Below are positions 12,671 through 24,789 of a stretch of DNA of 64,000 bases, piece after piece. The DNA is from Octopus vulgaris (taxonomy: Eukaryota). How positions within the stretch are numbered: position 1 is the stretch's first letter; each line of letters begins with the position of its first letter. The position numbers were made by a program, and so were the translations under genes. Where the stretch lies: assembly GCA_951406725.2 (NCBI GenBank), contig OX597819.1:78244001-78308000 (forward strand), given 5' to 3'. Under the pieces are notes generated by a model that saw only the letters and a program-made list of their open reading frames with translations, had not been told where the DNA came from and did no database searches.

Positions 12671-12930
12671 TTTGTTGAAAGTGGTATTGTTAATGACTGA
12701 GGGGACAGGGCAGTTCTTGAAAATATAAGGACACAGATCGTGTCATATAGCCAACTGGAGACAATGTCTCCTGGGGCTAAATTACAGCAACATTCGTCCT
12801 AAACCAGGACTGCCATATTATGTTGACAAATAATAATCTTTACCCTGGAGTTGATTTGTTCAAGTAAACCCTTCAAGCAGTACTCCAGCATGGCTGCAGT
12901 CCAATGACTGAAACATGTAAAAGATAAAAG
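11715..12930 (+). mobile_element. Family A SINE split by a family C SINE (11922-12247, minus) and a TIR element (12453-12850)
   Basis: Head at 11715-11880, middle at 12290-12404, tail at 12845-12930. Confidence 0.65.
12453..12850. mobile_element. Non-autonomous TIR element (~100-bp inverted arms) with a captured insert
   Basis: Arms 12452-12554 and 12746-12851 are about 90% reverse complements; the spacer 12566-12723 copies 13384-13553. Confidence 0.75.
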
Positions 12931-13211
12931 ACATAAATACAATCCTCAGTGTGTATGTATGTGTATTTGTGTGTGTGTGTGTGAAGACCTGGTTTTGTTA
13001 AGCTTGTCATTTTGTTCCCTGTACTAAAATGTCAAATCTGTAAAGCTGTGTAAGATCACAAGTCAAAAATGAAGGCGACATCTTCAAAATGTTGATGTCT
13101 TTTATGTTATGTTGGAGGTTATCCAGCACATCACTGTTGCTAACTGATGGACATTACTCACTCTGATGGATAACTTTGCTTTAAACTTGCACATATTTAA
13201 GAATACTTGAA

Positions 13212-13433
13212 CTCTTTAGCATTTACATTGTTCTACCCAATTAAATACTTTTTCATTCATGTTGTTTTGACTTAGTTGTACATTATCTCGTACTTTCGAG
13301 ATTTTGTTGAGGTAACTGGTTAATTTTTAGAATGACATAGTAGGGTAGGTGTGAGAGGCTGGATACAGCCAGTTTGAACATAAAACAGGTAAAGTATTTT
13401 GGCTGGATGTGGCTGGTTTAAATGCTAAAAGGG
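13212..13433 (-). mobile_element. piggyBac-like MITE (ccctttagca termini, TTAA-type flanks)
   Basis: ctctttagcatt...aatgctaaaagggTTAA; same family at 26857-27362, 34672-34850, 42866-43406. Confidence 0.65.
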
Positions 13434-13849
13434 TTAACACAGTAGTCACATGTCCAATGATGATGATAATGATGATGATGGTGGTAGTGGTAGTGGTGGT
13501 TTTGTTGAAAGTGGTGTTGTTAATGATTGAGAAGACAGGGCAGTTCTTTAAAAGTGATGATTGGTAGTGGTGGCCATGTGGCTTATCTTCAAGTCAACCC
13601 TGATCAAACCAGTATATGATCAAGAAGTGACCATCATGTCTTTTTCCTTTGTCTTTTTTTTGGCTAATATTCAATATCTTTCTATAGATATAAGCATTAT
13701 TGTCACAAGTCTTAGGACTCTAAGGGCAAGTGGCCTTGTTTCTATGGCATATAAATAACCAAAATCACAAAATGCCATTTAAACAGGACATCAATCTGTC
13801 TCGAGGTTATTCATTTACAGCTGAGTGGACTGGGGTAATGGGAAATGGA

Positions 13850-14165
13850 GACCCCCCCTTCAATCATGAATGACCATGGCAATGCACTAAGAAAGTTACC
13901 GTCCAATGCACAAGTCCGTGCAAGATTTTATGGAAGACCAGCAGTCGCCCATGCATACCAGCCTCCCCTCTCCATGCCACTGATGTTACCCAAGGGAAAG
14001 GCAAAGGCCAGTACAGCTTGGCACCAGTGATGTTGCAATTCATTTCTACAGATGAGTGAACTGGAGTAATGTGAAATGAAGTGTCTTGCTCAAGAACACA
14101 ACACACAGACCAATCCAGGAATCAAACTCATGATTGTGAGCCCAACACTCTAACCACTGAGCTAT
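13850..14165 (-). mobile_element. Family C SINE flanked by a ~95-bp direct duplication
   Basis: 13747-13845 recurs at 14166-14260. Confidence 0.7.
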
Positions 14166-15149
14166 GTATATAAATGACCAAAGTCACAACATACCTTCTG
14201 AACAGGACGTCAGTCTGTCTCAAGGTTATTCATTTACAGCTGAGTGGACTAGGGCAATCAATATGAAATGAAGTGTTTTTGCTCAAAAATACAACACACT
14301 TCCAAGAATTGAATCCATGATTTTGCAGTATTGAGTGCAACATTAGGCAACATGCTTTCACAAGACCTATGGGGGTGAGAAAAAACAACAAACAAACAAT
14401 ACCATACCTACCCAATTATCACAATGTAATCCACCTGGTGCTAAAGGATGACAACTGTCTTCAGTGAATAAAATACTCTTAGCTAACTGTATGAATCCTT
14501 TACATGGCAATAGATGAGAATGTCTGTAATCCCGGGAGCCATGCTGGGTCCACCACAATTGAGATGAATGTAACATTTGCATAACATAGGCAAATGACAT
14601 ATATAGTGACCAGCAAACAAATAAAACAGGCAACACTTTAGAGAGCTTGGAAAAAAAAAATACAACAGATTTCACTGCTATATTGTTGTTTAGCTTCAAG
14701 TTAAACCCAATTAACAGAGTAGATCTATGGATCAAAAGGGATCTAACCATGACCATTCCAGCTTTTTTTTTTTTTTCAGGCATAATGTCTTTTATGCTTC
14801 ATTATCCTATACAGTCTTTGTTATCATCATTTTTAAGATGGCAGTTATGCGTGAAGGGATGGTATGGCTGCTATTTCTAGCAGGTTGTGATTCTTATTTA
14901 TTTTCTTGGCAATGCCATACTGTCATGAATGATGGTTGGATGGCAAGTTAATGTTGCAAGAGTGACATAGATAAATGAGATAAGCAACCCTTGAATGAGC
15001 AGGCCAAGAATCAGATGTATTCAGATAGAGTAGTATATGTCGGTGACTAAATTTGGTAAGGTGTCTTTCATTTTTTTCAAAGATGGTAGGGTGTTCAAAA
15101 GTTTGGAAACTTACATATTCTTTTTCAGCATCATCATCATTATCATCAT

Positions 15150-15655
15150 CGTCATCACATTCATTTTTCAATGCTTACATGCATGGATCAAACAGAATAT
15201 GTTGAGGCAGATTATCTGTGGCCAGATGCACTCCTTGTTGCCAACCCTCACCTGTTTTCAAGTAAGGGAATATTTCACCATGACCTGACATGTTTTCATG
15301 GATGACTGGAAATGGACACTGCTTGTATGACAGTGATGCTTGTTTAGAACTTACATATGAGGTCAAGGCAAGCACACACACTTGGCAAGCTGGCAGAAAG
15401 AGTTGGAGTCTAGCCAGCTCCATGTCAAATTTTCCAACCCATGCCAGCATGGGGAGCAAAAGTTAAATGATGATGATGATACATATACACACATACATAT
15501 GATAGTTTTCTTTCAGTGTCTGTCCCACAAATCCACTCGCAAGGTTTTGATCAGTCCAGGGCTACAGTAGAAGACACTTGCCCAAGATACCATGAAGTGG
15601 GACTGAACTTGGAACTATGTGACTGGAAAGCAAACTTCTTACCACATGGCCACAC
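15150..15655. mobile_element. Cluster of family D and family A fragments
   Basis: gccaaccctcacctgttttcaagtaagg; catgccagcatgg...gatgatgat; gtgggactgaac. Confidence 0.6.
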
Positions 15656-16539
15656 CACAATGAAATACTCTTCCCAATGATAGCTATCCATTCATTTATA
15701 AAGTAAGAGTGGAAGCTCTTTGTTAGCCAGGCAGACTGAGGTAGTCAAGAAGAGCCATGTAGCATGTAAATGGCTGTGGTAGTAAGGATTGAACTCATGA
15801 CCATGTGGTTTGTAGTTCAGCATCTTAGCATCACATATATTGTGTATAATGAGAAGATTTTATATTAAGATATTGATGGTGGATGGTGGTTGTGGTGGAG
15901 GAGCAATGATTGTGGTGGCATGTATAGTAATGATGGTGGAGCAATGATTATGGTAGTGAAAAGGTGACGGTGGTGGAGTGGTGATGGAGCTGAAGTGATG
16001 ATGGTGATAGAGTAATGATGATAGTAATGGTAGTGGTGGTGGTGGTGAATGTGAGGCAAAATTAATAGTACAGTTATGGTAACGATGGTGTGGTTACACT
16101 CTCAGGAGTGTCGGTAGTAGTAGCGTTGAGATTATGAATATTGGTTGTTTGTAGTGATGTTGGCAGTAATAGCCAAGTTTTGTTATGTTACAGTGATGGT
16201 GGTAGCTCCAAAACTGAAGCTGATGATGGGAGGAAATGATGATGAAGATGGTGGTGGTAGTGATGAGAATAATGATGTTGTTGGTGGTGGTGGTAGTGGC
16301 AGTGATGACAGTAGTGGCAGTGATTTATTTGGTTATAAGTAGTTGATGATGATAATTAGAGAATAATAGTGATGACGGTATGGCGATGTTGATGATAAGC
16401 TAAGAAAGAAGCTGGTGGCGGTGGCGAGGGGAATGGGTAGCGGACGGGAGTGGGTGGGTGGGAGGGAAGGCATGAAAGAATTTGCACGTATTTACTTACA
16501 CAAAAACTCTAATATTTTGAAACACTGCCTGCGTGTGAG

Positions 16540-16961
16540 CAATGAGTATGTGTATATATATATATATATATATATGTATGCGTGTGCATGTATGTGTGTA
16601 TACACGTAATTTTGTATGTTGCTTAACACATACATATACAAGTACTTGTACATTATTACATTGCTAAAAATATCTATATAGGGGGAGCTTGTGTATGCAT
16701 GAACGTGTATGTGCGTGTATGTAATGTATATGTATGTATGTATATGAATGAATGAATGATTGACTCCGCATGAGTTGTTTGAGTATATACCTGGGTATGT
16801 AGGTATGTATTTAATGTATGTATGGGTGTGTGTGTATGTATGTAAATGTGTAAAAAAGACTAATTGCACCTACAAATCATATATAGTTGGGAAGATCTTC
16901 ACAATGTTACAATGACAGAAGTGTATATATGTATGTGTGTATGTATGTATGTGTATGTATG

Positions 16962-17007
<46 letters not shown>

Positions 17008-17217
17008 CATACATACATAAATACACTCACACAACCAAGAGAGGGTGGAAACAAAATGTATATATATTTATACACACATATACATATAGATAGATATAAA
17101 ACCCCAAAATACAGACACATACATAAGCACATTGAATACAACAGTGGTAGCTACTAGAATACGCATAACTACACACACACACACACACACAAAAAAAAAA
17201 AACGTATATATATGCAT

Positions 17218-17257
<40 letters not shown>

Positions 17258-17260
17258 CAC
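16540..17260. repeat. (TA)n/(TG)n/(TATG)n microsatellite block
   Basis: Directly visible. Confidence 0.9.
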
Positions 17261-18308
17261 CCAACTTCCACCCTTCCAGCATCTGAAATGTTAGAGTTCT
17301 AGAATGTGTAGCAGGCATCAATTAGGGTGTCAAGTGTCTGAAGGGGGTAGATTGGTGGTGGGGTGGGGTGAGTGGGTTGGAGCTGTATTTGTAGGGAGCA
17401 GTAGCATTGAATTGGGGTGTGGAATTACTACTTGTGGAGATGTCGGTGGTGGTGGTGGTGGGGGTGGTGGAGACTACATAATTGATGATTGTGGTGGTGA
17501 GTATGTATTGTCCTATCTGTGGCTATCTATCTGCTCTGGCATTTGGTCGTCATGGTGATGATGGTGGCAGTGATGGTACTGGTGGGTGTTTTCCTCCTTG
17601 ATTTTTTTTTTTTGCTTTTTTATGTTTTTTATTTTATTTTATTTTTTTTGTTGTTGTTGATGAGGGTGGGTGGATGTTGTTGGTGTTAGAAGTTGTAGCA
17701 GCAAGAGGGTGGAGGAGTTTGTGATAGTAACAATAAGGGCTTGGCGAGTGTTTACTGTTGTTACTCCTGATGGTAGGGGCTGCAGTATATAGTTGCAGGG
17801 TGTGTGAAAGCTGTTGTTGTTGGTTGATTTGCTTCAGGTTAGCTCTCATTAAGCAGACCTGTATATAATCAAAGACAATCCAGTCACAACCATCCCATCC
17901 TTTTTTTTTTTTTTTTTGTAGACATCTGTGTATGAGGAAATACGTTATCCAAGGTAATCTCCTGTCTTTCTTTTTTTCTTAAATGACAGTAATGTGCAGC
18001 TTGAAGAAGATTTGGCTGCTATTTTTACTTGAGCGACCACCTAGATCAGTGGTTCTCAACCAGTGTTCATGTCTCTACTGCAGATCCATATAAGGGCTAC
18101 ACACATGCAAAACAGTAAACTGGGGGGGGGGGGTCCACAATGGTATTTTAGGAGTTAATGAACAAATTTCGCTTCCTGGCTTGCCAGACCTAGTCAAACC
18201 ATCTTACCCATGCCAACATGGAAAATGTACTCTAAAAGATGATGATGATGATGATGATGCATTTATTGCAAGAAACAACTAGGTTTCTTTCGCTAACATT
18301 TTAACATA

Positions 18309-19425
18309 CAGGGGTTGGACAAAATAATGGAAACACCAGGCATCCTAGCATCATAATTTCGAAATGTCTATAAAACCGTCAAAAGCTTGTTTATTTTTGT
18401 TTTTTGATTTAGTATTAGTGTTGCTTAATATGTTTTGCTAAAATTGCTGTTTCTTTTCAGATATCATCAGAAAAAGGGAATTAAAATTCATTAAAATGAC
18501 AGATCTATCAGACTTTCAAAGAGGCCAAATTGTTGGTGCTTGAATGACAGGTACTAGCATAATGAAAACAGCTGAAGTATTTGGTGTATCAAGAAGTACT
18601 GTCTTGAAAGTAATAACAACCTCAAGAAGCCAGTTTCCACAAAAACTGTTGGCCGGGAGCTACAAAAAGCCGGATTTCACGGGAGTGCTGCAATCAGAAA
18701 ACTACTACTTTAAAAAACAAACGTTGCAAAGTGTTTAGAGTAGAGTAAAAACCTACAGAATTGGTCCCTAGAGCAGTGGAAGAATGTTATTTTCTCAGAC
18801 AAGTCATCCTTTACCTTATTTCAGACCACCAGCTAAGCATACGTATGGAGACAGCCAAAAGAAGCATTTGACTCAGACTACCTTCTTCCAACTGTTAAGC
18901 ATGGTGGAGGATCTGTGATGATATGGTGGGGCTATATCTTGGAAATCTGCCAGCCCAATGGTTTCCCTTCATGGTAGAATTAATAGTCAAGACTATTTAA
19001 GCATTTTATCTGATCAAATTCATCCTATGGTTGCAGTACTGTTTCTGCAGGGAAACACCTTTCAGGATGGTAGTGCACCAATTTACACAGCTAAAGTTGT
19101 TACTGAATGGCATGAGGAACATTCTAGTGAAGTTGAACATCTTATCTGACCACCACAGTCCTCAATATTATTGAACATTTATGGTGCATTTTAGAAAAAC
19201 AAGCAAGGAGTCGATATCCTCCATTATTATCACTACAAGAACTGGAGACTGTTTTAGCTGAAGAATGGACAAAAATTCCTTTGGAAACAATTCAAACTTT
19301 GTACGAGTCCATACCTCATAGTATTCAAGCTATAATTACTACCGAAGGCAGTCCTACTCCATATTAAAATAATTTTTTTGAAATTTGAAATTTTAAGGTG
19401 TTTCCATTATTTTGTCCAATCCCTA
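18309..19425 (+). mobile_element. Tc1-family DNA transposon, decayed and internally deleted
   Basis: 29-bp TIRs caggggttggacaaaataatggaaacacc / ggtgtttccattattttgtccaatcccta, with TA on both sides. Confidence 0.93.
18496..19367 (+). pseudogene. Tc1 transposase pseudogene
   Basis: MTDLSDFQRGQIVGA*...FGVSRSTV (HTH), WKNVIFSDKSSF, TVKHGGGSVMIW, FQDGSAPIYTAK, PPQS..LNIIEHLW, ending GSPTPY*; contains stops and frameshifts. Confidence 0.92.
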
Positions 19426-20575
19426 TAGTTCAGCATGTTTCTGGCCATTGAAACATGTACTCTCAGAGATTGCTACTGCAAACCTATATGAGAGAATGGG
19501 TGAAAATCAAAATAGGAATGTTGAAAGAAGTATCTATAAAACTAGCTTTTAAACATCAAATGATGTAACAAATTTCTTTTTACTTTTTTTTGTCTTTGGT
19601 TAGTAAATGCTATTTCCTTTTTTTTTGTATCTACCTATAAATCAAAGGAAATGGCTACTATTCCCTTCAAACCTTCCTCCTGGGACCTAGACATCAATGT
19701 TTTGAAACTGAACTATTATCCATTACGTTTCAGACAAATTCAGTGCTGAGTTGTCAAAGCTGGGATATCATTATAACAAATATTCTGCTCAGTATCACAG
19801 ATTTGCTTGTCAGTTGCTTGACTTTAACCAGTTGAGCATGCTCCTTAGAGGCTGACAATATGTGCATCTCGGATCATGAGCAGAAGTAGTGTGGAAGCAT
19901 CGTAGCTATGTGTTGAGAGGGATTCTTTGAGGTTTGAGTAAATATAAGAAAAGCAAAGTTTGAAGGAAATATTAACCATTTTTCATACTTTCTCAGCATA
20001 AGCAAATAAGATATAACAGTTGCTACTCAAGGATAAAAAACATTTTACACAGTGTTATGAGAATTCACAAGAATAAAATAGCAATCAAAGGGGTCCACAA
20101 ATAAAAACCTTTTGAGAACCTCTGACCCAGCCAGATGCCCTCTCATTGGCTACATGAATGTTGTTAGACATTGTAGTGTAGTAGTGGAAGCTACAGCATG
20201 CTTTAGCTTTGTTAGTATGGAAACATGCTACACATGTTCCTTCCAAGCACTCCTGTAAACAGCAGAAGTGAGCTAGAATGTTGAAACTTAGTGCACATGC
20301 ACAACAGAGTCCAAGGTCAATCTGTGCCAAGTGACTTTACTCTGTGTGCTTTAGCTTTGTTACTATGGCAACAGTCCGGACCTCGTATATAATATATGTT
20401 TACTTTTACGTGTGTGAGAGAGAGGGAGGGAGAAAGGAAATACTACTGTACTTGGAAACAAGTAAGGGTAGGTGACAGAAAGAGCATCCAGTTGTTGAAA
20501 ATCTGCCTCAATAAATTCTGTCTGACCCATGCAAGAATAGAAAAATGGATGTTAAAATGATAATGATGATATATA

Positions 20576-20635
<60 letters not shown>

Positions 20636-20710
20636 CAAATCAGTGATGAATGGTGACTTCAAGAATAAAAAAACAATAAGAGTGAAATGGATGTTCACAA
20701 TGAATACATT

Positions 20711-20916
20711 CTTTTCTACTCTAGGCTCAAGGCCCGAAATTTTTGGGGAGTGGGGACAGTCGATTAGATCAACCCCAGTATGCAACTGGTACTTAATTTC
20801 ATCAACCCCGAAAGGATGAAAGACAAAGTCGAAATCGGTGGAATTTGAACTCAGAATGTAAAGATAGACGAAATTCCGCTAAGCATTTTGTGTGGCATGC
20901 TAACATCTCGCTGCCT
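20711..20916 (-). mobile_element. Family B SINE with a 19-bp target-site duplication
   Basis: tgttcacaatgaata(c/t)att at 20692-20710 and 20917-20935. Confidence 0.88.
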
Positions 20917-21049
20917 TGTTCACAATGAATATATTAGCTTGATAACGCAAAAGATAGCGTTTCAAGCCTGGCTTTTTTTTTCAGGTGTATATGTGTATTT
21001 GTCCCTCACCACCGTGTGAGAACTGGTGTTGGTTTGTTTACATCTGTGA

Positions 21050-21100
21050 GGGACCCCTTTGATTCCTGTTTTACTCTACTGGACTTCCAGAGCCATTTGG

Positions 21101-21133
<33 letters not shown>

Positions 21134-21278
21134 CCTACTATGTTTTTTTATAATTAAATATTATTACGAACTATATGAATAAAACATTGAAATATTTTGT
21201 GTACTGTTGGAGTATAAGCAATTTATTGCACTTAAATTTTAACAACAAAATCGTATGGACCCTGGTTTAGAACCTCTG
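21050..21278 (-). mobile_element. hAT-like MITE fragment
   Basis: Matches 410-612; ends ggtttagaacctctg. Confidence 0.55.
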
Positions 21279-22913
21279 ATTTACATCCCTGTGACTTAGT
21301 GGCTCAGCAAAACTGACCAATACAGTTAGTACCAGGCTGTAAAAAAACTAAGTTTTAGCATCAGTTTGCTAGATTACCTCCACCCCCCATCTCCAGGTCA
21401 AGGTGGTACCTTAGCATGATCAAGTAAAAGATAAAAGGTAATGATTTGCTATAAGTAAGGTTCACCTGCTAATATTATTTAGCAATTCCAGCTAACTACT
21501 TAGAGACTGCCTTATATGATTGGGGAAAGGGGCAGAAAGCACATGGATGTTGGTGTTAGGGGTGTAGCTGAAAGAGTGTGGCGGCAGTGGTAGTGGTGGT
21601 GGTGGTGATGTTGAGGTCAGTAGGCATAGATTAGATTTCTTACTATAATGGAACTAAAAAAAGGCCAATGTTGACAAGTCTTAAAGGGTTGAAGTCTAGC
21701 CAGTACTCTAGTTTATTTCATGCCCCCACCCCCACCTGTTATCAGAGTATGTGTATGCCAAGAGGGTGTGTGTGTGTTTGTGTGTAAGGCTGTAAGTATA
21801 GTGGATAAAATATAAAGTGTAGTGGGCAGGTGAAAAGCAGGTGCCAGCTATGATGGTGATACACCAGCGGTGGCATGGCAGTGGTGGTAGGGAAGTGGGG
21901 GAGGGGTAAAGGTAAATTATATTACAGACAGATAAGTTTGGAGAAGAGATGTCACACCACTAGTTAGATGATTCCTGTTGTAGATAGGGAGGGAGAGGTC
22001 CTGATGAAGGGAGAAGGTAGGTGGCAGGTACTCACTGGGTCTAATTCCAAACTATAACGACAGGTGACAGACAGGAGACAGTTGGCTGAGATAGTGGTGG
22101 TGGTGGTGGTTGTCATGGGGGGAAGAGGTAGCAAAGACAGCAGAAGAAAGAAATTGATGATAAAAGAAGCTGAGAGAGGAATAAGTGAATAAGAGAGAAA
22201 TGAAGGGGCAGAGAAAATTGTCTCCCCACCATTAAAAGCACTGGGTCCTTGATTGGATAGGATCTTTGTGTTGGCCCTTGTATGTTGCATTCCTGGCCAA
22301 GCAAAAAATAAATATCTATAACTGGCTATTAGACTTCAGCAGCCACCCACCTACTCATTACACACTGAATAAGTTTCTTTCATAATTCCAAGTTTGGGCC
22401 TTCTTGGGTGAAAAGAACTAAAGAAAGATGATATCATGTGCATTAGGTGTCAACTGTCCCTACACAGATTTGAGGGAGAAAATAAAGAAGGAAATTTTCA
22501 AACCGAGAATATAAAGAATGACACTGAAAATAAATAAAGTGCAGGCATGGGTGTGTGGTTATGAAATTTGCTTCCCAACCATATGGTCTTGGGTTCAGTC
22601 CCACTGTGTGACACCTTAGCAATTTTTGTCTACTTACATCCCTAGGCTGACCAAAGCCTTGTGAGGGGATATGACAGATGGAAATTGAAAGAAGCTTGTC
22701 ATATATATATATATTTATATATATATATATATATTTATATATATGTGTGTGTGTGTATATCTGTAAATAACAATAATATTTTTATAAATGTAAATCTTAT
22801 AAGTGATCAGCATGTATTGACTAAAGAAAATAATCTAATATTAGGGCATATAAGCCCTTGACAGAAAAAAGTAGGTTTAATGTATACATGGGACTGGAAC
22901 TGACACCTATATA

Positions 22914-23812
22914 CGAGGGGAAGTCAAAAATTATCCGCACTTTCACCATAACATCATCATCATCATCATCATCGTTTAACGTCCGCTTTCCATGCTAGCA
23001 TGGGTTGGACGATTTTGACAGAGCTGGCGAACCAGATGGCTGCACCAGGCTGCAATCTTGATTTGGCAGAGTTTCTACAGCTGGATGCCCTTCCTAACGC
23101 CAACCACTCCGAGAGTGTAGTGGGTGCTTTTTACGTGCCACAGGCACGGGGGCCAGTCAGGCGGTACTGGCAACGATCTCGCTCAAAACATATCTTTATT
23201 ATTGTTTCACTGCTTTCTGTGCATGCATGTTTATAGTTGATACTATTGTGGTCACATGATCGAAGTTTGAGCCTGATAATGCCATTTTTCTTTCTGGTTT
23301 TACAGTGTAAGGATGGCTGCTCCACTACCAATGTGCACCAAAGAAGAACAAAAAAGCAGTGATTCGATTTCTCTGGTCGAAAGGTGTGTCAGTTGCTGAA
23401 ATTCATACAGGGACAGTGCACTGCTGCGTAGAAGTGTGTATGAGTGAATCGAGAAGCTTAAAAGTAGCTGAACAAGTGTAATGCACAAAGAGGGAGCAGG
23501 ACACCTGTCAACTTCCACCACCGATGAGAAAATTCAGTAAGCTTGTGAGATGGTAAAGGTGAACCGGTTCACCATTACAATCTCTTGGATCACTTCTCTT
23601 TTTACCCATGTTCTTCTTAGGTGCACATTGCTAGTGGAGCAACCATGCTTACACTATAAAGCCAGAAAGAAAAATGGCATGATCAGGTTCAAACTTCAGT
23701 TATGTGACTACAATATTACCAACTACAAGCATGCGTGCATGCATAGAAGTCAGTGCAACATTAATAAAGATATGTTATAGTGAAAATGTGGATACTTTTT
23801 GACTTGCCTTTA
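22914..23812. mobile_element. Mariner-derived fold-back element with a family D insertion (~22953-23187)
   Basis: TA-cgaggggaagtcaaaaattatccgcac...gtggatactttttgacttgccttta-TA; transposase N-terminus MAAPLPMCTKEEQK.VIRFLWSKG...RRSVYE*IEKLK...EGAGHLSTSTTDEKI. Confidence 0.85.
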
Positions 23813-24269
23813 TATTTGCAATAAGTGTGCTATCATGACACCAATGTACTCTCACTCACTTCTTCCTGTTAGTTTTAAGAGCTATAATTTCATAATGTTA
23901 TTTTTTTAAACAATCAAGCATGCGCATTTTCTGCGATGATTTGAGAAGCAGTGATGAATGACAATTCTGTAAATAATATTTTATAACCTTAAAACCTAGA
24001 AGAAACCACCATGTATTGACTTAAATAAATAGTCTAATATTGAGGTAATAGTTGCCATGTGGTGGGGAAGGACAAACACACACACAGGCGCACATATACC
24101 TGAAAAACATTCAGGCTTGAAACGCCATCTTTTGCTTTTTCAAGCTAATGTATTCATTGTGAACATCCATTTGACTCTTATTGCTTTTGTTTTAATTCTT
24201 GAAGTTGCCATTCATCACTGGTTTGCCTATATACACACACATATAATATATATATATCATCATTATCAT

Positions 24270-24481
24270 TACTCATCATCATCGTTTAAGATCCATTTTC
24301 CATGCTGGCATGGGTTGGGCAGTTTGGCAGGAGCTGGCCAACCAGAGAGCTGCTCTGGCTCCAGTTGTCTGTTTTGGCATTATTTCTATGACTGGATGCC
24401 TTTCCTAATGCCAACCACTTTATAAAGTGTACTGAGTGCTTTTACGTAGCTCTGGCATGAGTGCTTCTTATGTAGTACCAG

Positions 24482-24513
<32 letters not shown>

Positions 24514-24760
24514 CATGTGCCTGTGTGTGTGTGTGTACCCTTGTCTTGGCATCACAATGGTTGCAATCAAGTATCACCAACATACTAGCAATGCTGCTTG
24601 TTTCCAGTTTCCCATGGACAAATATTACCTTGCTTGGAAACAGGTGAGAGTTGGTGACAGGAAGGGCATCCAACTGTAGAAAATCTGCCTCAACAAATTC
24701 CGTCTGACCCATGCAAGCTTGGAAAAGTGGAAGTTAAGTGATGGTGATGATGATGATGAA
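24270..24760. mobile_element. Two family D retroposons in opposite orientation
   Basis: catcgtttaagatccattttccatgctggcatggg (minus) and ggaagggcatccaactg...cccatgcaagc...gatgatg (plus). Confidence 0.7.
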
Positions 24761-24789
24761 ATGTACAATACCTTTGCTACTACATTAAC

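Larger units (their letters stand above)
18047..20124 (+). mobile_element. hAT-like MITE expanded by nested insertions (family D fragment, Tc1, others)
   Basis: Termini cagtggttctcaa / ttgagaacctctg; degenerate 8-bp flanks acctagat / acccagcc; internal segments match the copies at 410, 21050 and 59148. Confidence 0.55.

Noticed and set aside
14367-14783. 138-aa minus-strand ORF in semi-unique DNA
   Set aside because: No recognisable domain, partly in repeat-derived sequence, and no convincing acceptor; more likely non-coding
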